This document shows, in pieces, positions 58,795 through 64,000 of a stretch of 64,000 nt of DNA (position 1 is its first letter; each line of letters starts with the position of its first letter). The notes beneath the pieces are model-generated. The model made no database searches, had not been told where the DNA came from, and worked only from the letters and a program-made list of their open reading frames with translations. The stretch is from an uncultured archaeon (GTDB lineage Archaea; Asgardarchaeota; Lokiarchaeia; Sigyniarchaeales; SOKP01). Position numbers and translations under genes: made by a program. The stretch covers positions 904,242 to 968,241 of the forward strand of contig CAZALK010000001.1 in assembly GCA_964486045.1 (NCBI GenBank). The letters run 5' to 3'.

Positions 58795-59202
58795 TTAATC
58801 TAATACAATAATTTTAGAGAATCTTAGTAATGTTCCTAAATTCCGTTTTCCATTTGAACTCTTTGAAAATCTTAATTTTCTAAATCCAAACTCATTCTTT
58901 TTCACCATCATCTCAAAAACAGAATTCTCACCATTTGAAAAAAACAATAGATCTATTGGTGTTGCCATTATTTCTAAGTCATAAATATCTAATCTTCCTT
59001 TTTTTAGGGTATAATCACCTTTATCTGCCAATAGATTTACCCAAAAATAGAATTCTTCACTCATTTGCAGCCCTAAATTAATTTTTGCTTTAAATTTCTT
59101 TAATAGCTTCTCATTTTTAGGGTTCCTATATTTATCAATAATTATACTTTCAATAACTTGTTGAAAGGTAATGTAAAGATTATCTTTTTCTTTTTCTTTC
59201 AT
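58795..59202 (-). CDS. hypothetical protein, SCP2-like fold suspected
   Basis: 135 aa; beta-rich pattern followed by DLEIMATP..LL.F..GE...EM, reminiscent of SCP2 domains. Confidence 0.5.
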   Translation of the reverse strand: MKEKEKDNLYITFQQVIESIIIDKYRNPKNEKLLKKFKAKINLGLQMSEEFYFWVNLLADKGDYTLKKGRLDIYDLEIMATPIDLLFFSNGENSVFEMMVKKNEFGFRKLRFSKSSNGKRNLGTLLRFSKIIVLD

Positions 59203-59386
59203 TTTTCTTACTTACTTAAGTTCCAAGATTTTAGAAAAATATAATTTAGTTAAGTTCAATATATTATTTTTGTTTTGTGGATTTATCATTTTATTAAATT
59301 TAATAAAATTGAAAAAACTATTATCAAAATAAATAAGAAAATCTTTTTTTTAAACCAATCAGAAATTTAAGAGGTGAAAAATAGAA

Positions 59387-60586
59387 ATGTGGCATTTTTA
59401 TAGTCCAAATATAATTTATGGAGAGGATGCTCTAGATTTTATTGAAAAAATAAAGGGAGTTAAATGTTTTATTGTAACTGATAAAAATCTTGAAGAATTG
59501 GGATATTTAAAAATATTAACAGATAAATTAGATAAGTTTGGTAAGAATTTTATTATATTTACTGATGTTGTTCCTGATCCCCATGAAGAAGATATTATTA
59601 AGGGTAAAGCAAAATGCAATGAATTTAGTCCTGATTTGATAATTGCTTTAGGAGGGGGTTCTGTAATTGATTCTGCAAAGGCAATATGGGCAATGTATGA
59701 ATATCCCGATTATACACTCGATGATATCAATGCCTTTAACGATAATTTGTATGATTTTGCAAATAAAGCAAAGATGATTGCTATTCCCACCACCTCAGGA
59801 ACAGGAGCGGAAACAACTTGGGCCTTAGTTATATCTAGATTTGAGAATGGTGTGTGGAGAAAAATAGGAACGAACCATGCTTCATTAGTTCCAACGTATG
59901 CTATAGTTGATCCCATCTTTCCTGAGGGAATGCCTCAAAAATTAACTGTAAATACTGCATTTGACGCATTAGCTCAAGCGATGGAAGGATATTCTTCTAG
60001 CTGGAGAAATGAATTTAGCGATGCTATAGGACTAAAGACTATAGAGCTGATTTTTAAGTATTTACCAGTAGTTTTTAAGGATGGAAAAAATTTGGAAGCA
60101 AGAGATTTTTTGCATCAAGCAGCCTCCATGTCAGGATTAGCCTATGGCAATAGTCAAGTTCATTTAGCTCACACTATGGGGCATAGTTGGGGTGCTGTAT
60201 TTCATACTCATCATGGACAGGCAGTTGGTCTCTTTCTTCCTTATATAATTCAATTTTGTTTGAATCAATCTGGTGAAACTAATGATGCGATTAGAATGTG
60301 TTCAGATATGGCAAAAAAGTTAGGATGGGCTAAATGGGAAGATGATGAAAAAAAAGCGGCTTTTAAAGTTGATGGAAAGATAAAAGAGCTTCAAAATGAA
60401 GTAGATTTTATATCTAATCTAAAAGATTTAGGAGTTAAAAAAGAAGATTTTGAAAAAAATCTAGAAAAGTTAATCAGTTTATGCTTTCAAGATGTATGTG
60501 GTGTAATGGCCCCTAGAACTCCTACTAAGGAAGAATTCATAAAACTTTATACTTATGCTTATGAAGGAAAAAACGTAGATTTCTAA
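59387..60586 (+). CDS. iron-containing alcohol dehydrogenase
   Basis: GGGSVIDSAK, IPTTSGTGAE, HLAHTMGH, HGQA. Confidence 0.9.
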   Translation: MWHFYSPNIIYGEDALDFIEKIKGVKCFIVTDKNLEELGYLKILTDKLDKFGKNFIIFTDVVPDPHEEDIIKGKAKCNEFSPDLIIALGGGSVIDSAKAIWAMYEYPDYTLDDINAFNDNLYDFANKAKMIAIPTTSGTGAETTWALVISRFENGVWRKIGTNHASLVPTYAIVDPIFPEGMPQKLTVNTAFDALAQAMEGYSSSWRNEFSDAIGLKTIELIFKYLPVVFKDGKNLEARDFLHQAASMSGLAYGNSQVHLAHTMGHSWGAVFHTHHGQAVGLFLPYIIQFCLNQSGETNDAIRMCSDMAKKLGWAKWEDDEKKAAFKVDGKIKELQNEVDFISNLKDLGVKKEDFEKNLEKLISLCFQDVCGVMAPRTPTKEEFIKLYTYAYEGKNVDF

Positions 60587-60743
60587 ATTTAAATTTTACT
60601 CTTATTTCTTTTTATTATTAATTTTTATCTCTGAATACCATATTCTATGCTCAATTTCATTGAATTAAATATATGATAAACATAAATATAACGATACGAT
60701 ATTATCTTTTTAAAGAATATGTACAAAGAATTTTATAAGAATT

Positions 60744-62494
60744 TTGGTTGAATACGAGAATATGACAATTCCTGATAAAGAACAAGAAGCATTAGAGTTA
60801 TTAGAAAGCCATGTAGAAGCATCAATACCAGAGATATCAGAATTAGAGCGTTACAATTTTGCATTTGAAGTTCTAAATAATCATGTTACTGGAATCAGCC
60901 TCTTTTCTTGCGGATTATCTTCAATTCCAAAAATTATTGAATCATTTTCTTTTCTTAAAGAACTTTATCTAAGAGGTAATAATTTAAGTTCAATTCCTGA
61001 TGAATTATGCACACTCCCGGTTCTTGAAATAATAGATTTAAGTGAAAACCGATTAAATGAACTACCAGATTTAATTAAATCTTTATCAAAGCTGAGAGAA
61101 TTACATTTAGAATCAAACCGTTTGACAAATTTACCAGATTCTTTTGGAGATCTTATCTCCTTAGAGTTATTGGATTTGAGTGAAAATCAAATAGTGAATA
61201 TTCCATCTTCCTTAGGGAAATTGAGTAAGTTAAAAACACTAGATCTAAGCTCAAATGAAATACTAGATTTACCCGATTCTCTGGGGGAACTTAATTCACT
61301 AAAAGTACTTTATCTAGGAAAAACAAGCTTGAAACTCTACCTGGATCAATTGGTTATCTCAAATCAATTAAGAGACTAAATTTAAGAAATAACAAATTAA
61401 CTAATCTTCCAGCTACGATAGGTGATTTAAGCTCATTAACCTCATTATTCTTAAAAGGAAATCTCTTAAAAAGTATTCCTAGTTCAATAGGGGCACTAAA
61501 TAACCTAAAATACCTTGGTTTAACCTCTAATCGTTTAGACTCTCTTCCTTCTGCTATTGGTTCGCTTTCTGCACTAGAAAACTTAAGTATTTCATCAAAT
61601 GAATTACTTGAATTACCACCTACAATAGATTCTCTTAAATCCTTATTAAGACTTGAAATTTCTGATAATAAGTTAAAATCCCTACCGGAATCTATTGGAG
61701 GTCTTACTTCTCTTAAGATATTAAGATGTGATCGCAATAACCTTATTCAACTTCCTAATTCTATTGGAAATTTATCCTCACTTGAAACCTTAAAAATTGA
61801 TATTAATAATTTGAAGAATTTACCTGAATCTATTGGACTATTAAAGCTTTTAAAGGAGTTAAATTTGTATGATAACAAAATAGATAATCTTCCAGGATCC
61901 ATAGGAGCTCTTTCATCATTAGAAATTTTAGATCTCAGTAAAAATGAACTCTCAAGTCTTCCTGATTCAATTGGTTCATTAGATTCACTTATAGAGTTAG
62001 ATCTATCTACAAATAAGCTAACTTACATACCTCCATCAATTGGGGCCCTTCCTAAAATAAAGAATCTAATTTTAGGTTTCAATCGATTGGTAGATATTCC
62101 AAAATCCCTTGGATTTCTTACAACATTGGAAATTTTAGATTTAGGAAAAAATCGATTAAATTTTATCCCTGAAACAATAGGATCACTGACATCCCTTAAA
62201 TATTTATATCTCTATTATAATGAGTTAGGTAGTATTCCAGACTCAATTGGATCTTTACACTCTTTGAAATATATGTATATAGGGAATAACAAATTAAATG
62301 TACTCCCCGAATCGGTAGGACACTTGAAATCCTTAAAATATTTATTCTTAAGATCAAATTTCTTAACTGAACTACCTAAAACACTTGAGTTATTACCATC
62401 CTTGCAATATTTAAATATTGAAAAGAATAACTTCAAAGGTTATTTGCGTTTTATACATAATTTGGAAATTAGAGGTATAAAAATTTTAAAATAA
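60744..62494 (+). CDS. leucine-rich repeat protein (~583 aa when joined), split by a 1-nt frameshift at ~61319-61323
   Basis: 23-aa repeats LxxLPxSIGxLxxLxxLxLxxNx continue without a stop in the -1 frame from 61322 to 62494. Confidence 0.85.
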
Positions 62495-62646
62495 TAGGGT
62501 AAAATGGCTGTTTTTTTCCCTTTCTAAATAAAATTTCTTGTTAAAAAATCATTTCCATTATAACAGGAAACGTTTCTGCATTCTTCTTTTTAAAACCATC
62601 AATAAAAATAACATGATTTAAATATTAAACGCCGCTAGATAAAAGT

Positions 62647-64000
62647 ATGGATGTTTCAAAAGCTATGAGAATCAAATTATCGAATGAACTACCGATATAT
62701 CCTAAATTTATCGAAGGAATAAGAAGGGCACCATCAAGGGGCTACACTCTTAATGCTTCGCAGACAAAGTTAGCATTAAAAAATGCGTTAAGATATATCG
62801 ATCCTTCTTTACATGAAACGATAACACTAGAATTCTTAAAAGAACTGGTTCAAAGAGGAAGAATCTATGGTTACAGATTCAGACCCGAGGGACACATAAA
62901 GGCTAAACCAATAGAGGAATATTCTGGAAAGATACTCGAAGGAAAAGCCTTACAAGTAATGATTGATAACAATCTTGATTTTGATATTGCATTATATCCT
63001 TATGAATTAGTAACATATGGGGAAAGCGGACAAGTTTTTCAAAATTGGATGCAATATCGGTTAGTAAAAAAATATTTAGAAGAAATGACAGAAAATCAAA
63101 CTCTTGTTATAGCCTCAGGACATCCTGTTGGACTTTTTCCTTCATCAGAAATGGCTCCTAGAGTAATTTCTACAAATGGGTTAATGATTGGGATTTTTGA
63201 TAATTCAATCGATTTCTCATCTGCAGCTGCACTTGGTGTAGCTAATTACGGACAAATGACGGCGGGAGGATGGATGTATATAGGACCTCAAGGAATCGTA
63301 CACGGAACTTACATAACACTAATGAACGCAGGAAGAATATATCTCAATATTCCTCAAGAAAAGAATTTAAGTGGAGTAGTATACATCTCTTCTGGCCTTG
63401 GTGGCATGAGTGGAGCTCAAGCTAAGGCTGTCGAAATTGCAGGTGGGATCGGAGTGATTGCAGAAGTTGATGAGTCAAGAATCAAATCAAGGTATGACCA
63501 AGGATGGGTTTCTATGATCTCTGACGATTTGGATGAAATTTTTGAATGGGTAAATGACGCTAGAGAAACTGGTAGATCTTTATCAATTGCGTATAATGGG
63601 AATGTTGTTAATTTATGGAAATATGTTGTTGAAAATAACATAAAAGTAGAGCTTGCATCAGATCAAACTTCTTGTCATGCAGTTTATGAGGGTGGTTATA
63701 CACCCTACCAGATCACTTTTAAAGAAGGGAGAGAGTTAATTAGATCTGATATTGACAGATTTAAGCAACTAGTTAATGAATCTTTAAGAGAACAATTTAG
63801 ATATATTAAAGTAATGAAAGAAAATAGACACACTTTTTTCTGGGATTATGGAAATTCCTTTTTGAAGGCAGTGTATGATGCTGGAGTTAATGAAATCACA
63901 AAAAATGGTGTAGACCTATCTGATGGATTTATCTTCCCCTCTTATGTAGAAGACATTATGGGTCCTATATGTTTTGATTTCGGTTATGGACCATTTCGAT
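62647..64000 (+). CDS. hutU: urocanate hydratase, long form (partial, runs off the window)
   Basis: MDVSKAM..., ALKNALRY, GRIYGYRFRP, MIDNNLD, YPYELVTYG, YGQMTAGGWMYIGPQGIVHGT, SGLGGMSGAQ, SDQTSCH. Confidence 0.93.
   Translation, partial: MDVSKAMRIKLSNELPIYPKFIEGIRRAPSRGYTLNASQTKLALKNALRYIDPSLHETITLEFLKELVQRGRIYGYRFRPEGHIKAKPIEEYSGKILEGKALQVMIDNNLDFDIALYPYELVTYGESGQVFQNWMQYRLVKKYLEEMTENQTLVIASGHPVGLFPSSEMAPRVISTNGLMIGIFDNSIDFSSAAALGVANYGQMTAGGWMYIGPQGIVHGTYITLMNAGRIYLNIPQEKNLSGVVYISSGLGGMSGAQAKAVEIAGGIGVIAEVDESRIKSRYDQGWVSMISDDLDEIFEWVNDARETGRSLSIAYNGNVVNLWKYVVENNIKVELASDQTSCHAVYEGGYTPYQITFKEGRELIRSDIDRFKQLVNESLREQFRYIKVMKENRHTFFWDYGNSFLKAVYDAGVNEITKNGVDLSDGFIFPSYVEDIMGPICFDFGYGPFR

Noticed and set aside
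11019-63641. Short antisense ORFs in the track (e.g. 11019, 12411, 17009, 17525, 45532, 46146, 46836, 61354, 63417)
   Set aside because: They lie opposite well-supported genes and have no recognisable motifs; shadow ORFs

Overview
Low-GC archaeal chromosomal DNA, most likely from an Asgard archaeon (Lokiarchaeia/Promethearchaeota). This is inferred from archaeal-type PheRS, CoaD and DUF1512, a eukaryote-type TyrRS, a Vps29-like protein, a long 23-aa LRR protein, GGTG Shine-Dalgarno motifs and BRE/TATA promoters. Positions 1 to ~36.7 kb form a large surface-glycan island. It holds rhamnose genes, a flippase, five glycosyltransferases, seven SAM methyltransferases (an eighth lies at 42.7 kb) and three radical SAM enzymes. 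It also holds what appears to be a complete pseudaminic-acid-type nonulosonate pathway using a Bacillus Pen/Pal-like two-enzyme entry, with tailoring modules: deacetylase + formyltransferase, aldo-keto reductase + class III aminotransferase, and two Gfo/Idh/MocA oxidoreductases. The remainder is housekeeping and catabolic: bacterial-type RNase PH, pheS-pheT-pheA, coaD, DUF1512, an AOR/acyl-CoA ligase/SCP2 cluster, ppdK, tyrS, ADP-forming acyl-CoA synthetase, Fe-ADH, an LRR protein and hutU. The most striking pattern is that four unrelated genes (pseC, pheT, coaD, aor) have family-consensus N-termini best explained by initiation at near-cognate codons (ATA, CTG, ATT, ATT). Each codon sits at normal spacing behind a GGTG ribosome-binding site, which suggests relaxed start-codon selection. 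Also present are two single-base frameshifts in A runs, a truncated surface-protein pseudogene and a candidate structured RNA. No tRNA, rRNA, CRISPR array or transposase was recognised. All family assignments come from motif recognition by eye; no database searches were run.
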